Notes: generated by a model not told the origin, from the sequence alone. A stretch of DNA of 64,000 nt from Eledone cirrhosa (GCA_964016885.1 OZ024747.1:73718001-73782000), one strand, 5' to 3'; positions 43,123 through 60,215 are shown, counted from the first letter of the stretch. Translations and numbers: made by a program.

Positions 43123-46100
43123 CATGTCAAACATTTATATATATCGCCATTTTGAATGCCCGGCACGTACAACGGATTTTGTATTCTGTTGCATTCGTTG
43201 AATGGCATCCTTCAGCAATGTATGTAGTACATATGAATCATTATAACAATTGTGTAAACAGAAGAGAGCGGAGAGGGACACGGTAAGCGGGAAGACAGTA
43301 TAGATAGCAACATAGACACACATATGTCCATATACACATATATATCCATATCTGTATATATACATATATAGATAGATATCTGTGTGTGTATATATGATAT
43401 TTATTGATGTAACTGCCTCATACCCTTCGGCTGCTCGCGCATATCTTACTATATATCTTAATTAATTACCAGCAGGTGCACCAATTATATGCATATTAGT
43501 GCATCCATTTCAGAATAATACTAAGAACCAATGTATATATGATTCAATTCAATGCAGTTTCCTTGCGGTTGAGGGTTCAAAACGATCCGAGGCTCGATTA
43601 AAGAACTAAAAAGCTCTGTAGCCTACATAGAGCATTCTCTATTCCTTTACATTTCCTACGGAAATAATTCATTTATATATATATATATACACTTACATTC
43701 GCTTGTATGTATTTATCGGTTGCTGTGTATGTATTCGCCTGTGAGTAGTTTGTGTCTGCTTGTATATTTGTTTGCACATAACCCTACTTTTTTCCGTCTA
43801 AGAATGTGAAATGTTTTAACGCCTCTCTGTGTGTGCGTAGGCTTATTGTATAAATGTGCATCAAGATTTGGTCAGAGTAATAAACGTGAGTGTGTGATTA
43901 TGTTCGTATTTGGTATATCTTATTTCAGTATTTGGTTAATGCGTTTTCCACTCAATGATGAATTATTCACATATGTTAGTTCAATAATCGCTAAAATAAG
44001 ATTTCAGTTGAAGAAAATATTGGTAATGGATAATGATGTAAAATATAAAACGAAATATTTGATGGAAATGTATTGGTTTATTACTAGACTTTCTTTGCTT
44101 CATGGAAAATACAACTGTAAATTAAGGACTAGGATGTTTTTAATATTTGACGATTGGGAGCATGGCATATATTATGGATTCTGTCCACACCATAACATGA
44201 TACTTTTGAAAACTGTTCTTTTAAAAAATTTAAAAACAAAATGCACATGATATTTTCCACTAAATTCTAGTTTATTTCCATAGAGGTGCCACTACAATGG
44301 AAAAATTGAATATAAAGTAATAACGGAGGAAAAAAGATTATTCTGACCACTTTAGTTATTTTCGAAGAATTTATATTCCAAACATTTCCTCCTTGTAGAA
44401 CAAGTTTTACTGCACCAACGAAACTATTTTATTCGATGGTACGTCTCATTTATTGCAGTCTAAATTGAGTTGTTAAATTATTAACGTGGTCGAGTGTTTG
44501 GTCGACATTATTAGGATTTTATATCACTTGTCATAGTAAATTGTTGTTAGTAACCTAGTAATTGTCTCAATAATTTTATTTGTGAGAGAATAAGGGTTCA
44601 ACGAAGCCAATGTTTTATTATTAATTTGTTTATCGATACGAATATCTAGTTAATAATATGCTGTATAAGTTTTCAAACTTAATAAAGATATAGGTCCCTA
44701 CATTATTTCACTTCTTAGAAGGGAATATGTTAAGAATGTAGGAATATAAAACAGACGTATAAATACAGAATAAGCTTTCTTATAAACTTCCTTATACTGA
44801 GAAAAATAACATAAGATAAAGATGACGTTAAGAAAATAAACAATTGAAAATAAGATACGATAAAGAAAATGGGGTAGAAATTTAAGAAATTATCTTATGT
44901 GTGCATTACTTTATTTTTATTTTGTCAACTATTGGAACGCAGCCTACATATTTTGTCTAAAAGACTTTAACAATAGGAACTAAATCGATTTAAACTAGAC
45001 ATTGGCAGCTGAAATTAGTATAAAATAGGAATATTACTAACGCAAACGGCGATTGAGAAATATAATTTAATGTGTACAAATCATTCTTCTTTAGAGTATT
45101 TGCATAATATATTATTTATAATTTGAACACAATTCAACAGTGGTAGTTTGTCATTCCTGCAGATTATTGTAGACAGAGCAATTGGAAAGACAGCTAAGTT
45201 TCTATTGTAAATAATCTAAATTATGCATTTAACTGCGCTATTTTGCAAAGCTTTACTGTTGTCGCAGTGAATACGAAGGGAAACATTTTAACGCTTTCAT
45301 ATAGTTTGTCTGTCAACATTTATATGTATTATTAAATTGTTTCTGTTATTGAGGCGGCCTGATAAAACAAATGCTAACTATTCATTGAATGAAAATTTGC
45401 TATTTTCTCATGTTCTTACATAATCTCACTTTTCCTGAAACATTTCAGTACACAATAGAACATTCCTTAAATTTGTTAGCAGTTGTTTCTAATATTATAG
45501 TAAAGAAACCGCTTTAAAAACAATGGATGACCATACAGGCGGCAAAATATAAACAAGTACTCCTTTTCTAAACTGATTTGTGTATAAGGTGTTTTAATAA
45601 TAAGATTGCGAATTTCTATATTCCGACTTCAAATGACATATTTGCTGCAGATAAATTGGTTTGTGATTCACAGATTAATTCGCATACGAACAGGTCAAGT
45701 GTTTCTTACAGTAGATTATATACTTATATAGGTCTAACCAATTACTCTTCTGTCGACCAACTAGAGGTAATCGTCCATCATCTCTAGCTTTATTATCGTA
45801 GATGGACATTTAGCACCAATGACTAAAATCCATGAAAGGTAGGAAATCCATGAAAGGCAGAGTTTATTAATTAACGTCTCATGGTATGATCAAATAGGTA
45901 ATAATTAAATTTCGGATTAGAAACACATTTCCAGCCCAACTTTTATTAACAACGATATACAACGAAACAATACAGTAAAAGGCAGATACTAAATATCAGT
46001 AAAATCACTGTTACTTTCGATCACATGCTTCCAACTACAGGCTAGGTCAGGGATACAACTAGTTTCTTTTCATAAGGAAGTATGAGATATTTCACAGCAC

Positions 46101-46557
46101 CATATCTTTATTATATGTTAGAAATCCCTGCAGGGACTATTATGATATTTACTCCCTTTACATCAGAGCAGGCAAAATAGTTTCAGGATATTCGAAAGTG
46201 AATAAATAATTCTCGATAAAAAAAAGAATTGGAGAAAAGAATAAGATATAATATTTGAAATATATGAAAGTAGAGTTGGTAGGAACTGGAGGGAGACAAT
46301 TTCTAAAGTCCAAATACAAACTATGTCTGCAGTAGGAATGCGACTCTGATCAAGATTGTAAACAATGATTAAGATGCCAGATGAACTGAAAGAGAAAAGA
46401 AATACAATGAAAGTTGCGAGATTTATCTTCTAGTTTATTATTCAGTGATGACAGATAGAATTGCTTCTTTTATTATACGCCATCTTGAGTAATTTAATTT
46501 GTTTATTCATAGATTCAGATTAAAATATATATGGGTGCATATATATGTGTGTGTATG

Positions 46558-46604
<47 letters not shown>

Positions 46605-46911
46605 ATGTATGTATATATACATATGTGTGTGTATGTACATATATATATATATAGAGAGAGCGTGAGAAATATTTAAACATATATACAACACACCCACACA
46701 CACACATATATATATGTATGTATAAATGTGTGAGAGTGTTTGTGTCCGTGTGTGTTTGTGTGCGAGTGTATATGTAAATGTTGTATTTAATAATACAACA
46801 ATCAAAATAGATAGATACGTAGACATATGAAATGATGATATTTTAAACAGCCGTTCAAATTGAGTTATATATAGAAATGCAATATATTGTAAGGATATAA
46901 GTACACAACAA

Positions 46912-47333
<422 letters not shown>

Positions 47334-47470
47334 ATTGTTTCTACTTTAGGCACAAGGCCAGCAATTAACCAGTGCATTACTGGTACTTTATTTTATCGAC
47401 CCCGTAAGGATGAAAGGCAAAGTTAACCTCGGCGGGATTTGAACTCAGTCCGTAAGAGGACGTAATTGTG
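47334..47470 (-). mobile_element. 5'-truncated Nin-domain SINE
   Basis: attgtttctactttaggcacaaggccagc..ggatgaaaggcaaagttaacctcggcgggatttgaactcag. Confidence 0.9.
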
Positions 47471-47713
47471 GGTTAAAAAGGAGATGGAACTGCCATGAAA
47501 TCAAGGCGCACTAGGTACTATCTCGAAGAAGATTACTCCAGCCCTGTTATTTGGAACACTTCAAAAGGCATGCTTGCTGGGAACAGCAAGAACCCTCCGA
47601 TACGTCCTGAATATCTGAGGCTGCAGGTAGTGGCTTGATATTCATTTCAACAAACCTTCCAGTTAAATAACATCAATGACTGAGACTCAAAGAACAATAA
47701 TAATAATAATAAT

Positions 47714-47800
47714 AATTGTTTCTACTTTTGGCACAAGACCAGCAATTATCCCAGTACATTACTAGTACTTTATTTTATCGACCCCGTAAGGATGAACGGC
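47714..47800 (-). mobile_element. Nin-domain SINE 3' fragment with (ATT)n tail
   Basis: Same family 3' end. Confidence 0.85.
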
Positions 47801-48033
47801 AGAGTACTCTGTTACCCGTTTATGTCAAACATAAACAAATAATAGATTATCTCTGTGACAACTATTTTTTTATGTTTGTCGTAAACGGGTACCAGAGTAC
47901 TTACACTTTTATGTTAATGACACCTGAGGACGTCGTCATACGTCCTGCGTTACGTCTTATCATGTAAGCTTGTTGACCATAGAAATAAGTGTATACATAT
48001 AAATATATAAATATATATATGTAATCATACATT

Positions 48034-48144
48034 CAGGGCGTATTGGCCCCTAAAATACTACAGTGGTTCCTGCAATGCTACTGTGGGCTCCTGCAATGCT
48101 ACCACGGGCTCCCTGGGCAAACTAACAACCTTGCCACTCCGCCA

Positions 48145-48147
<3 letters not shown>
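48034..48147. mobile_element. Possible MITE with CAG(T)GGCG-type termini
   Basis: cagggcgta.../...tccgccactg; internal duplication of tcctgcaatgctac. Confidence 0.45.
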
Positions 48148-48230
<83 letters not shown>

Positions 48231-48233
<3 letters not shown>

Positions 48234-48398
48234 GAACACTGGAAGGTAATATCCACAGTAGTAGAGTACTCAGTCCATGGGACGAGTTAGGAAGAGGTGG
48301 TAACACAACAGTTAGTTCACCATACCGAGAACAATTGTATCACCGCTCAAGCGAAACAATTGTTCTCGGTATGGTGAACTAATTGTTGTGTTACCACT

Positions 48399-48400
<2 letters not shown>
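48231..48400 (-). mobile_element. Family-H fold-back element
   Basis: 48297-48343 and 48353-48398 are inverted repeats; lies between GA/TA tracts. Confidence 0.75.
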
Positions 48401-48449
<49 letters not shown>

Positions 48450-48911
48450 TGGCGGAGTGGCAAAGTTAGTTCTTCAACTATCTCCAAATAAGGACATGAT
48501 TCTAACTTACTACTAATTCTGAATAATTCTGAATAAAATTATTATTGCTTTTGAAAACAGCTAGTGATATGCATGTAAGTAAATATTCTCTTTATCTGAT
48601 ATTTTGTAACTAACCTTACATAGATCAATAACGGAGTATAGCTGCAATGTATTATCATCACCTAGAAACGATTGTAAAGCAGTGAAGTATATCTCTAATG
48701 ACTTGATTTTTTATTTCATTGTTTTAACTTATATCATGACTCTGTTTTCCTTTTAATGTTTATTGTTTTCCGGGATTTATCTTAACCTACAACATTTTCA
48801 ACATATGGATTACATCGAGTTCTTCATGCAGAATAGATCCCACAACTTACTGTGGATACCTCTTTATATATATATATATATTGTGTGCCTGTATACTTGT
48901 GTGTGCATACA

Positions 48912-48947
<36 letters not shown>

Positions 48948-49296
48948 GATTTTTTGAGATCATAATAGTATCTTTAGTTCCCGAGGATTGTACGTTGGTT
49001 TGTGCATACTTGAGACATATATATTGAAAGCGTGTTTTATTAACGATATTTTTGAACGTATATGTATGATCAATTGTACAATTGGTCGCAAATATATGAA
49101 TCGTATATAATAAATGTATCAAATTATACGTGAGTTATTAATGTATGCATTATACATATATATTTATACATACTCTGACACACAAACGGGTGCACTTACA
49201 TACACACACATATACAAACATATATAATATGTACTGAGTCGTATATATATATATATACTTACACACACATATATTCTCCAACAAATATTTGTGTGC

Positions 49297-49408
<112 letters not shown>

Positions 49409-49430
49409 AGATGTGTGCGTGTATGTATCT

Positions 49431-49479
<49 letters not shown>

Positions 49480-49543
49480 TGAATATATATATATATATAT
49501 ATATGAATGTATATATATGCATGTATATATATATATATGCATG

Positions 49544-49582
<39 letters not shown>

Positions 49583-49955
49583 GAATGTACATATATGAAT
49601 GTACAATATATATATATATATGAATGAACATTCAACCCACATGTTTATATAAAATTCTGTTTCCCAATATCAAGATCAAAGCGAAAGATCAATTATATTC
49701 TCGCAAACAAACAATATTTACTGATAATATACATTTCAACACATAATTAATTTTCTAATATCTTTCTTAAATAACACTTTACTCATTTCTCAGTGCTCTT
49801 ATCTGAACAAAAACATATCCGCACACCTGACTGGTTCTGACTCCCTGTCAATGTTACTTCGATATTCTCTCTGTGTGTCTCTGTCTATGCTTGCTTCCCG
49901 CTCCATTCATGTCTTCTTTCTCAATGTGTTACACAAAAACCCATGAGCCACACAT

Positions 49956-50007
<52 letters not shown>

Positions 50008-50476
50008 TCACACAACACACACACATTCACACAACACACACATACATACACATACATACATACACACACACACTGAGTTAATTTACGTGAAATGTTCGTA
50101 AATAATATTTATATGACTGTTATTCGGTTAACATATTTCATGAGATTTTTTTTAATACATCAAAGAATCGGATATGATTATAGTCATATGACATCAGTTT
50201 CGGAGAATAAAATAATACGAGCTGTACACTGTTAAGAAGTCCTAAAAAAGTATAAACAAACATTTTAATTTGTAGATTCTTACAACTCGATATTTGGGGA
50301 ATGTATATTAAGGTTAGTTACGGTTATTTATGAAAACCACACTTTGTTATCACAATTTAAATACACTGTTTTCGTACAGATTTGAGAAAATCTGATAAAG
50401 ATTTAAATTATTCAAAGATTCAGCCTCTCTGTCTGTCTCTCTATCTCTCTCTCTTTCACTATATCTCTCTCTCTTT

Positions 50477-50516
<40 letters not shown>

Positions 50517-53310
50517 CCACACACATATATGCACATATTAGTGACGTAGAGGATAGAGAACCGATTGCGTTCTTAGGTGGGTTTGGCTGACAACATGTGA
50601 GCTCGAGGTCTATCCCCTTCTTCAATAATACTATGCAAAAAGTATTACTGTGATTTGTGGTCTCTAGGTTTAGCTGCCAGGGCGCAGTTGTGGCATTGAA
50701 ACATGTAGGAGCTCGTCTTTCACCAAGTCCTCAAGGCATTCAGTTTCTTCCAGGAAATGTTTCTAAATGTATTTGTTTTTACATTGAAGTCGGATTAGTC
50801 AAAAATTACACAGACATTTCGTTTGTTATCGGTAATACAAATAGCTTATTTATTCAATTGTCATGTACCTTATAAGTTTTATTAACATGTATCCAAATGT
50901 CAAAACACGTGACACTTTCATGTTTTCAGGTCTGCAAGCGTAAACGATTTGTAATTAAGCGAATCGCCTATTAGTAATGAAGCTTTGCGGTTAATGTATA
51001 AATGCAGTGCTATACGATATACCTCTTCTAACAATAGTGTTGTATCTCTCAATAAGCTTTAGGGTTCCTTAGAGTTCTCATTCCAATTAGCTCTCGGGAT
51101 ATTAATATTATTATGCACATTATAAAACCTTTGTTTGATGTAACCATGGGAATAGAAGGTGGAGTTGATGGTTCTAAACATTTACAAAGGTACATATTAT
51201 ATGTATGTCGAAGCGTTGCCGCTTGACAGTACACACTCTTTACTGTGATGAGGCAAAGTATTAATTTCTACCCAATTAATGATCTTAGGAAGGTGATCAA
51301 CATTTTCAAATGGTTGAATTGTAGATCAATGCAGATGCTAATAGAAGCGTAGTTATTATTGTAATATATGGTTTTTAAAATAATTCTAGATTTAGGTATT
51401 CATAAATACTCTCGTTAAGTAAACCAAGGAATAAAATACAGTAATACTAATCATCCAAACATGAACCTTAAAATATTAGTTAATAACATTAGTTAGCGCA
51501 TATCCAGATTAATGTCGTACGAAGAAACCTGCCTGTGTGATGCAGACTTTGCAATCTTCAATGATGAGAATATCTCACATTAGTAGCGACCTAGAGGATC
51601 AAAGTTTGTGCTTGCTTTCTTTATTGGTTAGAAATGCATCACCATCAAGTTTGTCCCCAACCGTGTTAAAAACAAAAAAGAGATCTTCGCCCATGATGCA
51701 CTGGTTGAAGATAGGAATGGATGGTTACAACTGGTACATCTTTGATCGTAAAATGTTATATCTTGTTGGCTGCAAAACAGTAACAACAACACTAATAATG
51801 TGTCAGTTTTCTTACAACCAATATCTACAAACTAGATGACAATATCTAGGAACCAGACGACAATATCTAGGAACCAGACGAAGAGATTTATATGTTTGAG
51901 ATATCAGACAGACAAATATATCTCACATCACACAATGTTATCTGAAAATAAAAAAAGAGTTCATCGGACAATTCCATATAGAATACTTTTGGCAATATGT
52001 CTGCTACATCAGGGTTCGCAACTGTTAAACATGAAATGAGTAACTAAAATAATTAGCATTTAAGGTGATTTCGAGATAGAAACATTTATATTCACAACGG
52101 AGCATAAATCAAACAATTTGAGAATGTCAAATAGACAAAGATCTATTTGAAAAGTAAAATTCCTGCCCTTCAAGCGATGTTTGTAATCGTAATAAGGCAT
52201 TCCATCATGTCTATGACGTAAATACAACCATTGATATTGCAAGGATTCCTTTTAGACTGCGATCTGAAGAATAATAATTTTATTGCATTCTATTCTCAGA
52301 CATGATATATATTAAAGCATATATGATATTCTTTTTCATTTCCATGTCAGCTCTAATCAAGCTCACCCACAATCAAATGCATTCCTGCTATGGGTATCTT
52401 GAATTATACGATACGGTATACACGTCAAAGCCGTCGGAACATTTGTAATGGAAAATTGTAATGGAAAATAAATTGCTGTAAAAACCAATTATACACACAT
52501 ATTATTCACTATACAGACATATATGTTTGTGTGTATGCATACATATATATATATACATATATATACATATGCCTATTGTAAATGCTATCTATAAGCATAT
52601 ATAAGTTAAAAGATGTGGTTGATTGTCATTACTCCATTATAGAAATTACTCTATATTATAGATTTAAAATGAACATTTTTATTGATTACGTTACATTGTA
52701 TTCTTAATTAATATATTATACATTACATTTTTTCAATTTTCTGAATAATGCTTTGGTTACCACGATGGGTGTTCATGTTGTTTGATTAATTGGGCATTTA
52801 TCATGCACATGAACTCTTAATGTAATTCTCAGCAGGTTTCAGCATGACAAAGTGTTTGATAAGGTTGGTTAGACCGTTGAATTACAGCCACAGTCAAACT
52901 GACAACCTTCAAAATAATTTCCATCTAAAATGCTATTCTCGATTCATATTTCTCGTAAATGACATGTGTTCAAGATTCCAAGGTCTTTGAATCTAGCCCA
53001 TGTCTTTAGGTTTGCGAAGCGAGCTTTTAACCGGTTAGCCATGCTACGTTATCTAATATATAACGTAACACATCTGATATATCATAAAACAATCGATATG
53101 TCTTAATAACTCAGATTATTGTTAGTGCGATTCACTGATTATAGAGGCCTTTTAAAGCATAATGCATTTATTCGATCATCATACGTTTGTTAATATTAGT
53201 TCAAACTATATTAGATAAATCTTAATGTATATTACAAAGATCATAAGACAAAAATCGATGTTTTCCGACAATAATTCAATCACAATCTTTCACCATAAGA
53301 GGAGCTATAC

Positions 53311-53388
<78 letters not shown>

Positions 53389-54205
53389 TTTCCGAAATAT
53401 ATGCATTAGGTGTGTACATATAATTTACAGTTCTTGTGATCGATTGTCTATTGATCTGATCTATTTGCAAGGAGTCGCTTAAAGGGATCTATATCGATAA
53501 ACAAAATATAATGTTTTGGGGATGATATGGCAACATTTTCCGAGTGATGATATACCACTTAAACTGATAGTATTTAGTCATTCATATATATATATACTCA
53601 TGAAAGCTATTAAAATAAACTTAAGGAGGCAAATAAATAAAACCAATTATGTATATGTAATTGTTTCCGTTTTAAACGGCTTTTAATGAAGAGAAATACT
53701 GGGTACTGAGTGTCTCTCTCTGTATTGATATGTGGAGTTTGTATCTGCCAACAGTTAAGACCTTCTTAAATCATGTTTCCCATGGTGTTGTCCTAACTGC
53801 CGGATCCCGGGAGATATAAAAGTATTTTTTACTCTATACTTATCCAGAGACGAACACCTCTGATAATTAATTCGCGTTTAGTGTAGCTTTACCAAATAGT
53901 TGGTGATCGATGATCGATTTTTGTTATGGTTTACGAATCATGAAATGGAACAACAAGAAATGAAGATCTTTCCCATCTTGAATTATGTATTCCTTCCTAA
54001 ATATTATGTGCTTTATAATAATATTATAATATATAATAGTATATATATTATAATTCTATGCGTTTCTCAAACGATATGCGGTTTTTCTCTCTACATATAT
54101 CTACATATATATTTCTATCTATTTACATAATATATATATACTTATATTTAAACACGTAACCCCCCCATATATATATATATATATATATGTGGGTGTATGT
54201 ATATA

Positions 54206-54283
<78 letters not shown>

Positions 54284-54506
54284 TTTTTATCATTTATTTT
54301 GTTTTGACCTGTTTAGCTTGATTTGGTTTTTGGCTTGGGTGGTTAATGCTTTCTTGACCACCTTTTCAGTTTTGTATGGCTTCTTAATACATTGTTTAGC
54401 TCTGGCTTTTAACTATTGAGCACTTTGCCAGTATCATTTCTGATTTGTGCGTTTCGCTTCGCTTTTCCTGCCCGCCGAAATGCGATTCTCGCTGAATCTA
54501 TATTTG

Positions 54507-54548
<42 letters not shown>

Positions 54549-54549
54549 A

Positions 54550-54596
<47 letters not shown>

Positions 54597-55697
54597 GTAT
54601 ATATAACCATACATATGTACATACATACGTATAACAGTAGGAAGTGTTTAGTTTCCAACGATACTGTATTCATCCTGTTCAATATATTCTGCTACAGCTA
54701 AATGGTGATATAATTGAGAGTAGTTTAATAAACCTACCGGATTATTATGATTATAAATCTTTCTCTAATGGATACTGCCGTTTGCGCATTACAGTGTAGT
54801 TCAACTGATTGGTAATCAGCCATTATCCCTTCTAACCAGAATCGATGGTGCATAATATATTTCAGGTTTACGACTTACATTGTAGCATAAATACTATCAT
54901 GATCGATATAGAACTAAAAGGAATAGCTTATGAGAAAACAAAGCAGCTATATGACTGTTTCATAAACATAATAAACAGAGTTAATGCTGGTGAATTGACC
55001 TTGGCTATCAATATTGGGTTTCACTGAACTGATATCAGAGCAAACGCCTAGATGATGAATTAGCAAAGTTATTAGTGTGTTCCGGAGCTTAGAATTCAAA
55101 TCATATCCAAAACAAATTTCTTATTAATTATTTCGGGCTTGATAAAATAAACAACAGGCCGGTGAAATTGGAGAATTGTTTGGCCGAGGGCGGACGAGAT
55201 GCCTTGCAATATTTCTTACAGCATTTTATACTTCTCCCCAAATTCCACTGTTATTCATATGGTTGGTAGACTTAGTCACACCGTTTAAAACTACCGACTA
55301 GCGACTGACAGCCTACACTCACAGCTAGGGCCTAACACATTGCTGCTACAATGATTGAAATCATTATTTATTTACCTATCTATTTATTTACTTATTCGCT
55401 TTTATTTGGACTACATTATCTAATATAGTTTTACAATACGCTAGGGACATTTATACGACGATTTGACTGCTCTTTTCATCAGATCACGCCGACGATGAGA
55501 ATTCTCCGCCTGCTATGATATTACTAATATACGATAGATATAAATAATAATTAAACACTGTATCAATCAACATTTTGTACATCTCTACTCGCGTACATCT
55601 TGATTTAAAATAGTGTCTCACCGATTGCGTGATAAACTATTTGTACTATATATATATATGTGTGTGTGTGTATATATATATATATTATATATTATAT

Positions 55698-55885
55698 AGC
55701 GGTGGATTGGCAGTATCGGTAGAGGGTCGGATGCCATTTTTCCCAGCATAGTTACGTCCCTTTACGATCTGAGTTCAAATCCCGCCGAGGTTGACTTTGC
55801 CTTTCATCCTTACGGGGTCGATAAAATAAAGTTCCAGTAATGCACTGGGTAATTGCTGGCCTTGTGCCTAATGTAGAAACAATTA
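55698..55885 (+). mobile_element. Full-length Nin-domain SINE in a TA tract
   Basis: gcggtggattggcagtatcggtagag..gagttcaaatccc..gactttgcctttcatccttacggggtcgataaaat. Confidence 0.93.
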
Positions 55886-55910
55886 TATATATATATATAT
55901 ACACACACAG

Positions 55911-55943
<33 letters not shown>

Positions 55944-55980
55944 ATTATATATATATATTATATATATATATATATATATT

Positions 55981-56180
55981 ACGAAGGAAGTGTGGTAAGG
56001 AGCCAGATGGACCAAGACGCACCAGAGTACTCAATACTTAGGTTAGTAGAGTGGGTAATAGGAAAATATTAACCCCGACGGCAGAGCTCAAGCCGTTTCG
56101 ACGGCTATTTCTGGACTGTAATAGTCCAGAAATATCCGTCGAAACGGCTCGTGCTCTGCCGTCGGGGTTAAATACTTTCA
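55981..56180 (-). mobile_element. Family-F fold-back element
   Basis: Palindrome around ttctggactgtaatagtccagaa. Confidence 0.88.
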
Positions 56181-56197
56181 TATATATATATATGTAT

Positions 56198-56348
56198 ATT
56201 TATTAAAATAAAAGATTAAAGTATAAGCAAAGAATCGCTGCGTTCATCCTTAATAAATATTTGCTCTAGGGTTCTTATATATTGGATATATATTTATCCT
56301 TATCGAGCCCTCTTTGGATTTTATTCTTCGTATTTATTATTATTACTA
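56198..56348. mobile_element. Family-G rearranged fragment
   Basis: Matches 40921-41065 in mixed orientations. Confidence 0.8.
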
Positions 56349-56358
56349 TATATATATG

Positions 56359-56397
<39 letters not shown>

Positions 56398-56482
56398 ATA
56401 CTTTCGGAGGGTCAAAGTATAACAATATCGGTTTCAACACACGATTTCAGATAAAGAATCTTGCTAAACAAATTCAGAAACG

Positions 56483-56537
<55 letters not shown>

Positions 56538-56585
56538 TATATATGTATAATATATATATACACACATATATATACATATATATAT

Positions 56586-57412
<827 letters not shown>

Positions 57413-57503
57413 TATATATATATATATACATATACATATATGACACACACACACGCACATACCTATATATATATATTTATTCACCAGGTTAAAAATTCTA
57501 ATT

Positions 57504-57622
57504 TAGTCCAGAAACAGCCGTCGAAACGGCTTGAGCTCTGCCGTCGGGGTCATACTTTTTCCTATTTCCCACTCTACTACTCCAAGTATTGAGTACTCTG
57601 GTTCCTTACCACAATTCCTTTG

Positions 57623-57624
<2 letters not shown>
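57504..57624 (+). mobile_element. Family-F element (no fold-back)
   Basis: tagtccagaaacagccgtcgaaacggcttgagctctgccgtcgggg.. to the family 3' end. Confidence 0.85.
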
Positions 57625-57677
<53 letters not shown>

Positions 57678-59279
57678 TCAATAATATATTCTTGATGGTA
57701 GACTTAATCTCTTATCTTGTCTTATCAATACCAATGACGTAAGTGGGTCATAAGCTTCATATTTTCATCTATCACTATGCAATAAAATACAATTCTGGCA
57801 ACTGTTGCAGACTGACTAATCATTCTCCGCACGCTTCACACACTCCCACAAATCACGACTTTGCTTCTTTGTTAAACCAGTATTAGTTCAATGAATTAAA
57901 TAATAAAAGTGAAAGAAGCGGATCGACTTTTCAACTTCATATTCTTACTGTCAAATAAAAAAATAAAAAAAATTAGCAGCAATACATTAAAAGAATTTTT
58001 ATAATCCTTAAATTATGCAGTTGAAGCCAGAAATTAACTTGGACATAAAAACAGTTCTCAGTACTTTAACTTCATTTGCCGGAAATCTGTAATTGATGTT
58101 GAATTAGAAATCGATACAGTTTCAAAATCCATTTTAACCAATGACATTGTTGTAATTAGCATATGAGAGATACTACTCATCGCCATTAATTTCTGTGTTG
58201 TATCATAGAACTTCATTATCATAACGCCATTTGGAACGAGAATTTAACATGACCTATAATATATTGAGTGGTTGGGGATGGGAATGTTGTTAGTTTTTAG
58301 TGTTTCTACTGCTACATCAATAAACAAACAAACCGATAAACAAACGCTTCCTCCATGGAGACCAATCATTTTTGTGTGAGAGTTCTAAGACTAAATTATT
58401 CAGAGTGCTCATTCTTTCTCAAATATTTAGAAGGATTTGAGAAAGTTGTTTCTTTTATTTTTCTATTTCTAGATGGCTTCAGAAAGTTCATAGAGAGCTG
58501 ACCCTTCTAGCGAACTTCCCTAGATAGCCCACTGCTCAAACAAGTTTGCCCATACCTTCTCTAGAGAAAGTTCCAATTGGCCATTCCGTCTGCTGGAAAT
58601 AGAAACCAAATCCATCTTAAATCACACCCTACTGTTTGTAAAAAGGAAGGACGAGTTCGATAATATGGTTATAGATATACGCAAAAATACTACAGGTAAG
58701 CACTCTTTTTGCCATTGATTGTGCTTATAACATAGTATCCCATTATTCTTGCCTCACACCACATATATATGTAACCACAATACGATGTTTAATTCTCACA
58801 TCGCCTATATCAAATTTCATTAAATTCAAGACATATAACTTCGTCATCGTAGTCGAGCTTCCTCCAATCTCTGAGAAGTTGAAGCCGTCGGGAAAAATGG
58901 CTTTATCATTGCTTGTTTTTAATGGGTTTTTTTACTTGAATGAGCTGTCACCTCTCTTGCAGACACAGACACAACACCCGGCAGAACCCCTTCTTTAAAT
59001 TTAAAGTTGGAACAGAAATAGTCAGGGCATGTGCCGCAGAGGATCCCTTTCAACACACTAAATATTCCACGTCCCTGGGATGTTACTTATGTATCATCTG
59101 CGGACGGATGAAACATAACTTTATCCTCAGCAAGATTGGAACTCAGTACTCAGTGAGCCGAAAGAGATATAAGGCATTTATCAGACGCTCTAACGACTTC
59201 GGCAATTCACCGAATATTCTATATAATTTTCGAAACCTATAGTTTATGTTACAGCAGTAGTATTTCATATACATCTATG

Positions 59280-59348
<69 letters not shown>

Positions 59349-60088
59349 GGTATAAATATATATTTAAATATATACACATACATACACGCACCCACAAACA
59401 CAAATATATATATATATATACGTACATCCATGCATACTTGAATAGATGCGTATATCAACTCTTAAAACCTACCACCGCAACCAATATATGAACACATCAA
59501 ACATATCAATAAAATGAACAAGAAATAAAATAAAACAAGTAAACACACAACAACACTAGCAAACGAAACTTCAAGCAAAAGTCTTCAACCCAATCAGCAA
59601 CTATTAGATTAATCCAGTCAGCTAACATACAGCTTGATAGATAACTTCCGCGATACGTATCTTATAGCAAATTGCCTCGTGAAACATGGCACTAGCTTAC
59701 AGATTTACAAATATACAATTTTCTCGTATAGCTTCACATTAACACATACAAATATCTCACACACACTTACACTCACACACATCCACATCCACACACAAAC
59801 ATACACACACCTTCATACAGACACATTGACGTGCACGCGACTGTATGTTTGAGAACACGCTATTAAGAATGGTAGAGAACAATGTAATAAAATGTTGATG
59901 GAATTACTGAGGATCAACGACTCTGGTAACAAATTCACAACTACGAGAACAAAAATATATATAATTGAGAAAAGCCACAGAATCATACAATTATATTGAT
60001 TCTATCACGTGATGATCTATTTTCACATTGGTTCATAGGCACACAATTTTGGAGTGAAAAATGTAGTCAATTTTAATACATTCCAGAC

Positions 60089-60215
60089 ACGTGGCTTAGT
60101 GGTTAGAGAATTGTGAGGTTGTGAGTTCGATTTCGGCACCAAGCGTTCCCTTATGTCCTTGAGTAAGGCACCTTCTTGCTCGTTGCTCCATTCTACCAGC
60201 TGTCGGCACCAGTAA
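60089..60215 (+). mobile_element. tRNA-derived SINE with CORE-like segment, diverged
   Basis: gtggcttagtggttagag, gagttcgatt, tgtccttgagtaaggcac. Confidence 0.6.

Noticed and set aside
43458-43505. Homeodomain/E-box/octamer-like motif cluster
   Set aside because: Short motifs are expected by chance in AT-rich DNA and no conservation data are available
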